From: Polymyxa betae A26-41
Lineage: Eukaryota > Protista > Endomyxa: Phytomyxea
Length of the DNA: 64,000 bases
Reading direction: 5' to 3'
Assembly: GCA_003693705.1 (NCBI GenBank)
Contig: RBZT01000409.1
Location: 1-64,000 of the forward strand
Position 1 is the stretch's first letter; every line of letters begins with the position of its first letter. The position numbers were made by a program, and so were the translations under genes. This document shows, in pieces, positions 36,172 through 49,783 of the stretch. The notes beneath the pieces were generated by a model. It was not told the DNA's origin, made no database searches, and saw nothing but the letters and a program-made list of their open reading frames with translations.

Positions 36172-36499
36172 CGCAACAGCCTACTGCAAAAAGGAGACAC
36201 CGTCGCACTTTCGATCTCGGTGAATCCATAACATTCACTGATCGTGAGGTCAGTCTTAGCTTCTTAATCTTTACTGTGTCTGAAACGGAAGGCTGTCTAA
36301 TAATCAATTTATTGCTATGAACGTGGTTGATTCAGAGGAGTTGAGTGTTCGTTTGAAGTGAGTTCGATCAGATTGACCAGTATTCTTGAGAACGTAACTA
36401 TCTTCGCTTTGCAAAGGATGTAATATAGAGTCGGGAAAAACCCACAGCAGCCATGATGAGATGTTTATCGTGTTTGTTATACATTCATGGTATGCATAG

Positions 36500-36985
36500 C
36501 TAGCTTGATTCCTTGTTCTCTTTAGAGTCGACGATGTTATGCTTTTTAACCATTTCTTGAAGTTCCCCGGACTCATGCATGGCAGCCACAATATCGGCTC
36601 CACCTACAAATTCCTCCTTTACATACAATTGCGGAATCGTAGGCCAATCGCTATATTCTTTGATAGCTTGTCGGATGTCGTCGTTCTCCAGAACGTTTCG
36701 TGCCGAGAACGGGACGCCGTTCGCTTTCAAAATCAACACTACCCGCTGAGAGAATCCACACATGGGGCGATCGGGTGTTCCTTTCATGTATAAAAAAACA
36801 GATGATGACCGCAAATCAGCTTCAATTATTTCACGCGCTGATTTTGTCGAAGGCGGTACTTTTGAAGTTGGACGGAAGTCGTCATCCGAGCCCGGCCCAG
36901 GAGTGGACGACGATAAACGAACTGTCGTCTGAAAAATGGTTTGATTTTGGCGTGCAAGCCTGGGCAGAATCCTGGTAATGTTCAT
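36500..36985 (-). CDS. GLRX5: Monothiol glutaredoxin Grx5, mitochondrial
   Basis: Arg-rich transit peptide, FLYMKGTP..PMCGFS, WPTIPQLYV..EFVGGADI. Confidence 0.95.
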   Translation of the reverse strand: MNITRILPRLARQNQTIFQTTVRLSSSTPGPGSDDDFRPTSKVPPSTKSAREIIEADLRSSSVFLYMKGTPDRPMCGFSQRVVLILKANGVPFSARNVLENDDIRQAIKEYSDWPTIPQLYVKEEFVGGADIVAAMHESGELQEMVKKHNIVDSKENKESS

Positions 36986-37674
36986 GATGAGGACGACGAC
37001 ACCAAGATCGTTATGGCAGAATGGCTTGAGCGGAGTCAAACGAACCAACTATCAGCGCAGCCTACGGAAGTAATTGGACTTTGTGTCGCTGCCGCTCAGG
37101 TTATTAAAATGTCGACTGTAAATCCATATTTAACAGTTTGATGGCCCAGAAGCGTGCTGTATTGCTGTATTCGTAAAAAACTCGGAGGAATAAAGTGGCA
37201 ACTGTGATATGCTGTCTAATTATAATCACTTTTGGAGGTAAATATAGTGTGCAGGTCAGCCTCAAACTCCAACACGAAATACATTAGCTGCAGTCACATC
37301 GATAGTCGTCATGCACCCTTGTAATGGGGGAATCCGGCACAAAAGCTATTGAACCAATGGGACGGATTGTCTTCAAACTGTATCCAATACATTCGTGATT
37401 CGTAATATATCACTAACCCTGTCGTTTCGCCGATGGTTGGGATCTTGTTCGTTGGCACGCCTCTAGGCCATACGGGATGGCGGCCATGTCGACAATCAGC
37501 TACCCTCTTGCCCATCGAAAATATTTATTACTTAACCTTCGATATTCTTCTGTAAGCAGCTGCAAGAAGTTTGGTCTGCTGTTGCACTTGACAACGTCAG
37601 ATTGAACCAAAAATGACGTATTCTATAACTTTTAGGTGGAGGTAAAAATTCATCAGGTTCAGGCTTAATCGAAT

Positions 37675-38091
37675 ATGTATCCGGTGAATACAGAGAGCTC
37701 GATGTACTCGTGGACCAATGCCTTCAAGCGCTGGGTTATGATCGGTGTCACGCTCGCAAGCGTCGCCACAGCACTACGTCTGATGCTGGTAATCCCAGGG
37801 ACGCCACCCGATATCAACCTATATTCTTGGTGGGTCGTCATGATCCTGTTCGGCGCCAGCGGTCTCATGCTGATCATCTCAGCGTTCGCCACGACAGCAT
37901 GGCGCCTAGCGATATCCTTTCATTCTGCATATAACATGTGCATGTTTTAATACATTCAGGCCGCATGCTTGCTGTCTTGTCTCAGCGCGCTTTGGACACG
38001 GTTTGATCCAAAACTGCATAGATGGTTGACGTTTTTCATCAGGCAACACTCATCCCGGAACAAGGCCAGAGCGAACGATGGTCCTGCCTAA
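37675..38091 (+). CDS. Small hypothetical membrane protein (2-3 TM)
   Basis: Hydrophobic segments WVMIGVTLASVATALRLMLVI and WWVVMILFGASGLMLIISAFA. A probable second exon follows an AG at 37959-37960; the donor is unclear. Confidence 0.45.
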
Positions 38092-38311
38092 AGCAACGAG
38101 CACAGTACAATAGTGAAATTGTCTTAACTGTCTGCAACGATGCCGATTTGTTTCTAAATGCTTTCAACAATTTTTTACACTGCGCATATTTTAAATAATT
38201 ACGCATTTTTATGAAGCAACAAGCCGATTTTGTATTGCGCCACGCAGTCCGACACGGATCCTGAAGCAAACGAGGCCTGGAACTGAGTCTGCCCTACTAG
38301 CTGGGCCGCCA

Positions 38312-40054
38312 ATGGACTTTCTTCGGATCCTTGGGCGAACCGCCAAGTTTAACGCCAATATACTTGCGAACGATGCGATCCGGCTTCCAGTACATTCGAA
38401 ACCCGAACCATCAGTTGTAGAACCAAGTCGATCTTCAAAGAAAAAATCCAGAAAGCCTAAAAGGGTCCAAATTACCGAAGAAGAATGCTCTGTGTTCGTA
38501 CCAATTGCGTCTGAGAAGCGCGATAACGACTCCCAGGTGACACCGCTCTCGTTATGCCCCGCAACGAAGCTTGCGAATCAGGCCCAGGAGCGAATCCATT
38601 CAATAAGAAGCCGGCACCGGATACGTGTAAAAGGCATCGATGTCCCAGCCCCTATTGAATCCTGGGCCGAGCTAAGCCTCCCGGCCTACCTTGAGAAAAA
38701 CGTCGTCGGACAATGGGAGAATCCGACCCCGATTCAGATGCAGGCAATTCCTGTGCTAACAGCTGGTCGAGAACTGCTGGCGATCTCACCGACAGGCAGC
38801 GGCAAGACGGCCGCCTTCTTAATCCCAATTCTGACCCAGTTGGGAATGCCACAACCTGGCGGGTTTCGCGCTGTGATCGTGTCTCCCACGATCGAGTTGG
38901 CCCAGCAGACATATCGTCGCCTGTCACGTATTAGCAGCGGGTCGGGTTTAGGAATCTTTCTGCTGACGAAGGATAATCGGCAGGCGGTGTGTAATGCCTC
39001 AGGCCGACGTGATATTCTTGTTTCCACACCGAAGCGTCTGGCTGATGCTATTCGCGAAAAGGCATGGAAGTCCTCCGAGATCGAATTCTTGATCTTCGAT
39101 GAAGGTCTGAGCAATTCCCCCCATTTTCTTCTATGTATTTGGTTTGGCTTCTTATGTTGAACAATTAGAAAGCTTGAAGAATTGTGAATCGAACTGAGTG
39201 CCACATTAGGCGACAGTTTATGGGACGATAATGGATTCATCGAGGAAGTTGACGAAATCGTTGCTGCCTGTAATCATCCAAAGATTGTTCGTGCTCTTTT
39301 TAGCGCTACGATGCCGGAAGCAATCGAAGCGCTAGCGCGAACGGTGCTTCGCGATCCCATTCGAGTCGCAATTGGCCAGCACGGTAATGGCGCCTGTGAG
39401 ACCGTTCGCCAACGTCTAGTATTTGCTGGGACCGAACCCGGCAAACTAATCGCTTTGCGAAATCTCTTCATTGAAGGCATCCGAACCCCGATTTTGATTT
39501 TTGTGCAGTCGAAGGCTCGCGTCCGCCATCTGCACGAAAAGCTTCGTGAAGAGTTTCCCAAAGTCGACTTCATCGAATCAGAGCAGACCCACGAGCAACG
39601 CGAAGACGTTATCAAGCGCTTCCGTTCCGGTGATATTTACGCTTTGATCACAACCGAAGTATTAGCCCGGGGTGTCGATTTCGTCGGTGTTAACTGTGTC
39701 ATCAACTATGGTAGGTTGCATAATACTGTGTGGATCGCATTCACTAATCGTTGTCCAGATTTCCCTCAGACCGTTGCTAGCTACATCCATAGAGTTGGAA
39801 GAACCGGTCGTGCCGGACGAACCGGTGAAGCCATCACCTTGTTCACGAACGAAGATGCCGTGCTATTACGGTAATCGAATTGCTACAATGTATTGTGAAA
39901 CTTACACCGACAAAGGAGCATCGCTGGCGTCTTGAAACGATCTGGTTGTGAGGACGTGCCTCCGTGGATGTTATCGAGGCGGAAGCCAAATCGCAATCGC
40001 GTCAAAGAGTTGAAAACACGTCCTCCGAAACGGAAGAAGATAGGCGAACACTAG
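38312..40054 (+). CDS. DDX52: DEAD-box RNA helicase DDX52/ROK1
   Basis: Q motif [69 protein letters not shown]. Confidence 0.92.
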
Positions 40055-40164
40055 TATAAACCGCTTACATATTACACCATACAAAACTCAGTCTTTTTTG
40101 GAATTCCAGACTGCAGAAGTGAATGGTTGATGGAAGTAAATGTCAGTTAAATTTAAAGGAATGT

Positions 40165-41041
40165 TTATACAAATCCAAAGATGCTTGCAAGCACGATCAA
40201 GGTTGCGATTCCGATCAGAACAATAACAACAATGGCAAAAGGATGCTTAAACGCGTACAAATCTGCGAGATGTCGCAGATACTGAACGATCACCTTGCCT
40301 GATAATTTACTCTCGCCATGAAGCCGGACGCCGAAATTGATTGGAACCTCAGCATGACGAGTGACGCCGCATTTTACAAACAATTCTAAGGCAATTTTAA
40401 ATCCGATCGAGTTTACGTGCTTCGCTCGCTGGTAGACGGTGACCGGCAAGCCGAAAAACCCTGTCATCGGGTCGCTGAGGGCACTTAGCGGGCGGGCTAA
40501 TACACGGGCGCCGCTCGAGACAATCTTCCGATATAACGGCCAGTCCTTATCGACAGCGAATCCGTCACCAGCGTATCGCGTTCCGATGACAAATTCAGCG
40601 CCGCCTTTGCCGGCATCAATGGCATCGATCAAACTTGGGACGCTCTCAGGTGGGTGTTGGAGGTCTGCATCCATACACAACAGCAAGAAACCTTTAGCCT
40701 ACAGCGATTAAATAATCATGGAAACAACTCCAACGTTTTGATACTTCATTGAAGCCCCGAAGCACAGCGCTGCTTAGGCCACGCTCATCAGTCCGAACGA
40801 TGATCCTGATGCGATACCCTTCGGAAGCCAGGCGTTGGACAGCTTCAACAGACCCGTCGCGCGAGTTATCATCGACCACAATCATTTCGGTGGTGGATGA
40901 GCGAGGGCCTAGGGCGGCGAACACGCGACGCGTCAGCTCGGGTATGTTAGCCGCCTCGCGATAGGTCGGGACAATGATCGACGCCAAGACATCGCCACTA
41001 GTGCCGGTCGGGCGTTCCCGAATTTGTGATGAGGTTGCCAT
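40165..41041 (-). CDS. DPM1: Dolichol-phosphate mannosyltransferase (GT2) with C-terminal TM anchor
   Basis: SIIVPTYRE..NI, IVVDDNSRDGS, RGLSSAV..GF, MDADLQHPPE, DPMTGFF, GFKIALE, EVPI.F..R..GESKL; one intron. Confidence 0.88.
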
Positions 41042-41253
41042 TCAATTGGACTATGAGAGACAAGCGCAACGGAGAAAGCTCTAACTTCCGATTTAACAGC
41101 AATCCATAATTGTGTAACATATACTGTTTTATCTATAGAGTTGCTATCATGGAAGGCAGTAATGTCATAAGCAGCATATTTTATAGAACGATTGACAGAA
41201 AAAGTCATTTCACTTTTAGTTCATTTCGAGAAATTGCGTGGTGTTCGTTGTAA

Positions 41254-42351
41254 ATGGCGACGCTGCTGTGCCTCGGCGTGCCTGCAGGCGCCACGGTTGG
41301 CATCGATTTGAAGAGCTGGGTGATCGGTGAACGCTTCCAGGGAATCACTGGGATTCCTGCTGGCCCTCATTATTTGTATTATTCGGCGCCTGACCATGGT
41401 GCTGGAAACGCTATCAGCAGCGGCAGATTTCTGTATTTCGACGCCAATGACGATGTCTGGGTCGGCGAATGGAACCCGGAGACAGAAGAAATATTGCCTG
41501 TGTCAGATCGTGACCAGGCTTTGCGTTATTGTCATGGTATCTCATAGCAATTTTGGCTTCCTTTCGAAGCGATGACTTTGGCTTACTGCAGGCGTTAAAG
41601 CTCACGATTTTACTCTCAATCTCGGGCGTTACCCAGAAGAAATGTCTTTGGAATGGGCGACATTGAGCCTGCACATCTCCCGAAGCTGCATGCTTCGTCT
41701 CTCGCCGATTGGAAGCGTTATTCGTCCAACTCAGGCTCCCGATGCGGTCGGGCTAAACTCAGATTCAGCTTGTAAAACATATTATACCGAATTGGAAATC
41801 GGAATGTCGCATGGTGATCCGGTTCAGGTTACGGCTGATAATTTAGACAAATCTCGATTGCTTGAAAAAATTGTCGAACTACGACTCGGTGGTGATTATG
41901 ACGCTGTCCTTGGTGAATTACAGTTCGCCTTTATTGCATTCATGCTGGGACAATCATATGAAGGATTTGTACAATGGAAGAAACTGGTTCTCATTCTGTG
42001 TTCGTGCGAAGCTGCCATGTGGGATCAGCGATTGTTTTTCGATAAATTCGTCGGTATGTCGGTTTTATGGAAATGATTACCACTTTAACAAAAGTTACAG
42101 ATCTGTTTTCCGCTCAGCTACGATTAGCGCCTGAAGACTTCTTTGAATGCGAACTCACTTCGAATAATTTTTTGTATCGAGCGCTAACTGATTTATTTGA
42201 ACTTGGCCAGGAGACTTCGCTCGAAGACAAACTGATTAGATTCAGACATCAGGCCGAGAAGAAGTTTCACTGGCGTTTTGGTTCACAATTGAACGCTGAC
42301 GGGCGTTTCGATAGCGATGATGAGGACGCTCCCGTCATCGTCGAACTGTAG
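41254..42351 (+). CDS. AAR2: AAR2, U5 snRNP assembly factor
   Basis: VGIDL.SW..GERFQGI..IPAG.H..YYS, LGELQFAFI.F.LGQS.EGF.QWK.LV..LC, LRLAPEDFF...NNFL, DEDAPVIVE. Confidence 0.93.
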
Positions 42352-42566
42352 TCGTCATTTTGTTAAATTGTATTTATTTCCAGTTAGACGAATTCCCATC
42401 TTTAAGTGGTCTTGATTATACGGATTGCAACTTTTGTTTAGTTGCTTTCTGGATTGTTTTTGACGAAAATTCGAAGTCTCCACAGAATTCATCTTCCTGT
42501 CACAGTCCCAAAAACGTTGCCCGTACTTGCCATCTCTGATCGATTCAAGATATCTATCGATATGTC

Positions 42567-45349
42567 ATGACTGTATCCACTCGTCTGGAAGCCGCACTAC
42601 ATGCGCTCAGGAGGAGTATTGGCAATGATTCATTATTCAAGAGACTATTACGATGCATCAGGCAGATCTGGTTCCGTCTGCCCTTTCTGCATCGATCGTG
42701 GACCCTAGTGCGCTCAAAGTTATTGCCGGCAATTCGCACGTCAGCTCTCGGCTTCATTGTCTGGATGAACTATATGCTTTCGCCGACGCTGATAATACGC
42801 TTAGTTCAGCGTAATCTGCAAGCATTTGCTGTTATTTTTGCTTTATACGTCCTTTATTCGGTTTGTTATTCCTTAGCTAATGATACATTGGTGTTCAAAT
42901 TATGTAGACTGGCCGTGGCTATTTCAAACGTATGCTGCAGTCGCTGAGAGAACATATTGCACTTGCAGCAGGTAGAAAAATCTGCTATGCGAAGCAGCTT
43001 ACTAACGGGCAGTTAGGGTCCGGCCTTTATCGCCGAATTAGATTATTGAAGGAACAGATGGATAGCGCGAAATCCTATTCTGAGTAGGTCTGCTCTAGGA
43101 ATTGTTTTTTATATTGAGAACTTGTATCAAGCTGGAAAGCGTGCGCTGATGAGGTTGATATTCTGAAAGGCAAATCCGGATGGAAGGACAATCCAGAGTC
43201 AGCACTTTACGATTGGAAGCGTATTCAGCTAATGACAGATGAAATCCGGAAGCTGAATGAAATCAAGAACGTCCCGGAAATCATCCATTACATGCGGTGA
43301 AGTGAATTATGGATTTTAAACGATCATGAATCTTACGTTCAGTCAGGTCTCGGCTTGTTCGTAATATTGCTGGTTCAGGTCATCCAAGGTTATTTGCTCA
43401 TCTGCGGGCGGGTACGAAGCGCTTGCTGGAAGAGTATCAGGAAGAGGTCGTTCGGGCTCTGTTTTTGGTCGCTCTGGATCACACACAAAACGTCAGCGTG
43501 CGCCAAAAGCTTGCATTCTTCAACGAAACTCGACATAGCATGGGCAGAACTGCCCTGATGCTTTCAGGTGGCGCTGCTTTCGGATGTTATCATATCGGCG
43601 TTGTGAAAGCATTGCATGATAATCGCATGCTACCTAAGATTATTAGCGGATCATCTGCAGGTATATGACAGTATTGTTGAGTCTTTCTGCCGAATTTTTA
43701 ATTCTAATTCAGGGTCGATTGTAGCTGCTTGGATTGGGTCACTGAGCGATCAAGAACTGGATCATATCTCAGACCCTGGCCGTGCCAACTTAGACTTATT
43801 CCCCCCTCTATCGGGTGCTGTGTTCAGGAAGATTTATCGTCTTTTGCATACTGGTGTCATCTTCGATATCCGCACGCTTGCAAGATGTATTCGTGCCAAT
43901 ATTGGTGACATCACTTTTGCTGAAGCTTATGCGAAATCTGGCCGGATTATTAATATTACAGTGGCACCTGCAAATGACTCGAAAGAAGTCGCCCGTTTGC
44001 TGAATTATTTGACCTCGCCAGGTTGGGCACGTACAAATAACGTCCGTTTGTTTCAAAAATCTCCATCTAGATGTCGTAATGTGGAGTGCAGCTGCAGCTA
44101 GTTCTGCGATCCCTTACTTCTATGAGCCGGTTGAATTGTTAATGAAGGTCTTTCAATGTTACCAATGCATTTTAGAATTTGACTTCTGGATAGGACAAGA
44201 ATGGAAAAATTGTCCCGTTAGTCTTAATTACTGAGGGATAATAGAATTACCTTAAGTTTCGACAGATACTACACCAAAGGCGTGAAATGGTCTGATGGAA
44301 GCTTCCATTCTGATCTCCCTATGCAACGTCTTGCTGAATTATTCAATGTAAATTTCTACCTGGTAAAGCTATTGTGCTGTCAGTAGTGTCACTGTCGAAA
44401 TATTCTATCTAGGTGTCTCAAGTGAATCCTCATGTAATTCCCTTTGCCATTCGCAAAGATTATCGGCTGAAGTGAGAAGCGGTTTGTCTATTTGTAATTC
44501 ATTAATTCATTTTGCCAGATCCGTTCCAGGCGTATTCGTTCAACTGCTGCGCTATTGTGTTGTTCAGCTGCGCCACAATATTATGTTTGTATGGGAAAAT
44601 TCGAAGCTTATTGCTCCGATCTTGGGTCGATTGACAATCATTCCAACTGCGTTGAACCAGGCATACTATGGCGATGTCACAATTTTGCCTCACGCCCGCT
44701 TGGAAGACTATCGCAAAATAGTCAGCAATCCGTCCCCTGAATTCATCTCTGTTAGTGGGTTTGATTGATTGCAGATGCTGCTTCGCTAATATCGATTTGT
44801 AGTTTTCTACTCGAGCAACTGAGAAATTAACATGGAGGAAAATGGCTGAAATTAAGAATGCATGTGACATTGAAGTCGCATTAGATTCATGTGTTCGGAT
44901 AATGCGAGCTTCGTTATTGATGAGCAGCGAAGTAGCCCCAAAATGTGCTTTTGTTTCAATACGATATGACTAATTTGTGTTTAGGTGAATGTTGAACAAG
45001 CTGCCTCTGCACTGGGCAACAGATTGGCGTCTTGGGCGCCGGAACAGTTTGAGGTCCTTCAAAAGGCAGCGGCCGTTCAAGAATCGCAAGGTAATTTACC
45101 TTTCATGCTCGATCAGTGTGAAGTTGAATGGAACTTATAGCATCACAATCTGTGCCGACTAGATCGAATTCTGTAGATACTGCTTTGCCCCCTTTCGGGA
45201 GACGACACCATGTCCCGCCACATCAGGCTCCTCGAGGGCCACCTCCACAGTCGATGTCGATTGTTCAGCTGGCAGATAACGTCCTGCAATCCAAGGGTGT
45301 GACTAGTCATGACCCCAGCGAAGACGTCTCAGACACATACATCCCTTAA
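42567..45349 (+). CDS. SDP1: Patatin-like triacylglycerol lipase (SDP1/TGL4-like)
   Basis: FFNETRHSMGRTALMLSGGAAFG..HIGVVKAL, LPKIISGSSAG, IGDITFAEAY.KSGRIINITV, LLNYLT.P.V..WSA, WSDGS..SDLPM.RL.ELFNVN, VSQVNPH, Q.YYGDVTI. Confidence 0.92.
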
Positions 45350-46018
45350 CAAATACATTCCACTGCCGATATGAGATCTTGCTGATGCTTGCTGTCAGGT
45401 TTCTGCTCTGCCGTGGTTGTATCGTAAACCGCTTGCGTCAATGTTTGTATTGGTAGAACTAGAAGATCGGAGGAACCCTCTACTAATATCATCTCTCTGT
45501 CATGTCCAGGGTGAATTCACAGGCCGAGGAGCAGGCCAGCCTTAACAGCAATAACGGAAGTCAACCTGGACTGATGGCTTCCACAGCTCTTGAGACCATG
45601 GAGTCCATGCTGCAGACGTTACTAAACGATTTGGCGGCAAACATACTGTACAACTGGATGCCAATGAAACAGCGAGTTTGAATGTATTGACAGAAATCCA
45701 TTGGAGACGCTTCGAGAATGGATAGATGGTGAGCTGATAGAGAATGGCTTACAAGCGCTAGACGAATCAAACAACCATGTGAAGTAAGGGATTTCTTCAT
45801 TCGGAAATGATGAGCGTTAACAGTTTTAGCAACACGTTATCTTCAGAATCGTCAAAAGTTAATGCATACTGCCAGTCTTTCAACAACACCATTCGAAAAC
45901 AATTGCAGTAATATCGTACAGCTGCACATTATTACTATGCTTGCTTCTTATCAGTTTCAACATATACTCTTACCAAGACAAGTTTAGTATCCCTTTATTG
46001 AGAGTTATAAATTAAAAA

Positions 46019-48128
46019 TCAAGATGATGTGATTTGCCTGACTGCCTTACGAAAAAAGACATCGTTGAGAAGACGCAGTAGCTTGCAATCGAGAGGAAGT
46101 TTCTCTCGATATCTGATATCAGCGAGTCGGACTAACGCTTCTAAGAATTCCCCGAAAACCATCTGATGTCCAGGATTCTCTTCATCTTCAACATCCTCCT
46201 GGCAGCATGAGAACAGCATTGCAGTTTGCTTGGCGGCACGTCCGTCCGTTTTGATGCCATACTCGGTCAGCAGACTTTTGAATTCCGCAAATTCAATTGT
46301 GAATCTGCGATGGTCAATTACAAGAAGATATATAACGCCTTTGACTAGACTTCACACCTCTTTCCTTTTCGGCTACAGTATGAATCGAACAAATCTCGAA
46401 GATCGTGCTGAAACCGCAGATAGACTTGCTGCACTGGAGTTTCTGCGATCATGGCTCGAATCTCGTTTTCTTCCATGGAGCGCAACGCATATGGCTTGAT
46501 ATAATATGTGACAATGGTTTCCAAAGCCGACGCTGGCGAGAGTTTACTGTACTTCGCAATGCTTAACCTGATCAACGCTTCGAAAAGTTCAGGCCGTGTG
46601 AGCTAAGCAAGACACCGAGTTTTCAGCGCCTCCTTTCACATAGCATCTGTCTGCCTACCTGGTTATCTGGATTATTTGGCTCGAATACTTTTCCAACAGC
46701 CGTATCGCCATGATTGTACGACAACTCGGTGATCTGCACTACGTTTTTAGGATTTACAGTATAGCTGCTCTGATGTCGTCGTACCTGATGCAGGAAAAGT
46801 TTTCTGCTAGGTATGCGACATTTTTGGCAGAAAGCCCAGAACTGCATATTGGTCATATAAGGCTCGTTTCCATCGCTTACCGAATGCGTCGAAAACAACT
46901 AAAATTCTTCTATCAATGATGAGTTAAGAATCATGAATGAAAGGCTAACCTTAAAAACCTGTGCCAGAAGCCGATAATGAGACCAGAGAGTGTCTTTAAG
47001 AGCTCTGTACATATCTGCAGTTGTTACTAATCGTTTACTATGTATTCGGGTCCAATCTTCTTTAAACAGTCTATACTGGTCTCCTTTGATTTCCAACTCT
47101 CCCTATCCACAAGTCAGTAAGCGGCTGAATCGATGGGCGATTGTCGACCTTGGCGAACTCCCCTAATGCAAGATCTCCCAGCTGCATCAGTTCCAGCCTT
47201 GGCATCGATATCGATTTGAAATGGCATCCAGCATCATCAGATTGATTCTGTTTCCCGCCAGGGACGGTAATTACGTTCAATCGAAGCCCTTTACTATCCA
47301 TCATGATCTGATGAGCTTCCGATACCACCTGATCTCATATTAGAGATCCTCTTCCTGCTGCAACCAACTCAATACCCATCGGTCATCGATGTGGAAACGG
47401 AACAAAAGAACAGCAGCGGGAGGCATTCTCAGCTGAACCGAGTACAGCTTTGGTGTCTCCGATTCGGTCAACAATACTTGATGGCGCCATTTCGTGAAAT
47501 TTCCGATTACTGAGATGACCTTCGGTTTCGGTTTCCGCGAAGGCTTCGGCTTCAGTTCCGCATTGTTAGCAGCGATCGGCTTTTCCAGTTTGCCATCGCT
47601 GCTAATTACATCATCGTCATCTTCTTTCTGACGGAAGCTGATTTCAACGTCATCATAGGCATCTGGATCGTCGAATCCCCTTAGATCCAACACGAACAGA
47701 ACCGGTATGTAATCTTTCGGCTCGGAAACAGCAAACTTCTCCCAGAGAGTTGTTACCTAAGAAATTGGTTCAACATCATTCATCATCTAGACATAACAGA
47801 TGGCGATACGGTTGCCTCAGTCTGAATAGGTTCACAATCTCGAATCTGAACAGTGAGGACGTCGCCCGGTTTCACGCAATCCACGATTAGATCGTGAGGC
47901 CATGCTGGATTTCCATCTTGATTGAAGACATCGATGGGTGTGATGGAATCAGGATCGAGATCGTATAAACGAGCATAACCTGAGCCTTATACTTCGATCT
48001 TAAATCAGATTGCACATAACATGAATCTCACGTTGTTTAGCTTGAACTGCTAGCCATAAAGCACGATTCGTTCCTGAACCGCATTCGACTTCGAACGAAG
48101 CGCTACGTACTTTCACGTTTACGCGCAT
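46019..48128 (-). CDS. Hypothetical protein with an N-terminal ubiquitin-like-type motif, an AMPK-beta/CBM48-like domain and an EF-hand-like helical C-terminus
   Basis: MRVNVKVRSASFEVECGSGT..LWLA; VISVIGNFTKW..L...YSVQLRMPP....FRFHIDDRW (CBM48-like); RPELFEALIRLS and MVFGEFLEALVRLA repeats; many short introns. Confidence 0.65.
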
Positions 48129-48592
48129 CACGACAGATTTTTATGTAATCGGCACGCGAAAACCTACAGCTTGTCGACATTCTCACCAACATTTCAACCG
48201 CCAATTCCTTCAGTCCAGGCATAAATTTAAAATTTACTATGAATTCATCCCAACCCATCTGGATTGCCAAAATCAGTAAATCCCGAAGTTCGATGGAACC
48301 CAGTCGGTCAGTTGCTGAACTATATATAATCCGGGTATGACTTTCTCTATCGCAACTGGTCTACTACTAGGCTGATTTAAACGAGCACTGTCGCTCATTC
48401 AGTAGACCAACCATTACACAGGTCTCACCAGACAACCGATCTCGAGATGTCATGTAATGTAACGTAAACATTTGATAAAAAACAGTCTCCGCTTCTATGA
48501 TGGACGACGTTCTCCTGTCTCGTCTCCTTTTCTTTGTATCTGTCACAGACTGTCTATAAAACAGGCAGCTTCATATTACAGGCAGGCAGGAG

Positions 48593-49684
48593 ATGGCGCC
48601 TGGCGCCAACGATTCTGCTTTCCAGGTCGCCGCCAAGAATGTTCTCTCTCAATATGAGAACCTAGACGAACCTATTACGGAGCCAGCGGCGGCTTCGTCG
48701 CCGCCGGACGCTATCGCTGCCGAATGGTACCAGGTCAATGCGTTTCGAGAGAAGCTCGAAGAAGAGAACGCTTCCAAGCCAGCTGCAGCAATTCGTTCGG
48801 TGTCACAGTTTACTCCGATTGGATATATTGAAGCACGAACGAAGCTGTCGGAAACGGCTGTAAGCTCTTCATTGCTGCTGGTTCGCATTCAACGATATGA
48901 TTTCTCGAGGCTATCGTGCACCTCTCATCTGTATTACAAAGTATTCGGTCCACCAGAATTCAAAAGGGGTCATCTCAAAGCTGAGCGTGACGCTATCTTT
49001 GTGATGGCGTTAACAGGATTAGCTGGTAACGACGATGTTCATCAAAGAATGCTGCAGTCGATATATAGAAGGCTAACAGGGCAAACTGAACCCTGTCCAA
49101 CAACGGGAAGCCATTGGGACGCTGTCGGCTTTCAAGGCAATAACCCTGCAACCGATCTGAGAGGCTCTGGCATATTCGGTTTGTTGCAGATATTATACTT
49201 TGCGAAGACAGCTCCTACTCTTCTGGCTAAGATCTTTTCGTTATCACAAGACGAAAGACAGGTTGGTATCCAGTCATCAGCGCCGTATCTATCTGATGAT
49301 CGATGTTCCGACCCAGAATTTCCCATTCGCCATCGTTTCGTTGAATTTAACTGGAATCTGCTTGAAGGTGCTTCGTGAAGCACGTATCTACAAGCTGTGT
49401 TCCGCTCGCAACTCGGTAATCGACACGACTTGCATTTTGTATCTAGCGCTGTTCTACGATATGTATATAGGATGGTAAACTGACCCGCATACTAAATTGA
49501 CAAACTGCTTAGTTTGGACAGGAAAAATCAAGGAAAGACGATCGAATCGTTCCCACCGACAAGAGATGAAATAGAAAGACGTGCACGCTCTGATCCAGAA
49601 AAGATGATAGCTGCCTACGAGAAGAACTATGTCTCTCCATTACAAGCTTTAACGTCGCAGAAAGAGATGTTCGTACCAGAGTAG
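48593..49684 (+). CDS. ELMO/CED-12 domain protein (ELMOD3-like Arl GAP)
   Basis: H.RMLQSIYR.LTG, GSHWDAVGFQGNNPATDLRG.G.FGLLQ, FPFAIVSLNLT. Confidence 0.9.
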
Positions 49685-49783
49685 AGCTTCGATAGATATA
49701 TTGGATCCTGTGAGTATCATATCATGTACGCTTCAGGCTCGGTCGAGGAGATGAATATTAAAACAATGACGTCTGTATCTAAA

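Noticed and set aside
39098-39216. DEGD instead of DEAD in DDX52
   Set aside because: The third position of motif II varies in this subfamily; the catalytic D-E is kept
45400-46000. Short ORFs between the lipase and the CBM48-like gene
   Set aside because: No homology cues; probably UTR or intergenic
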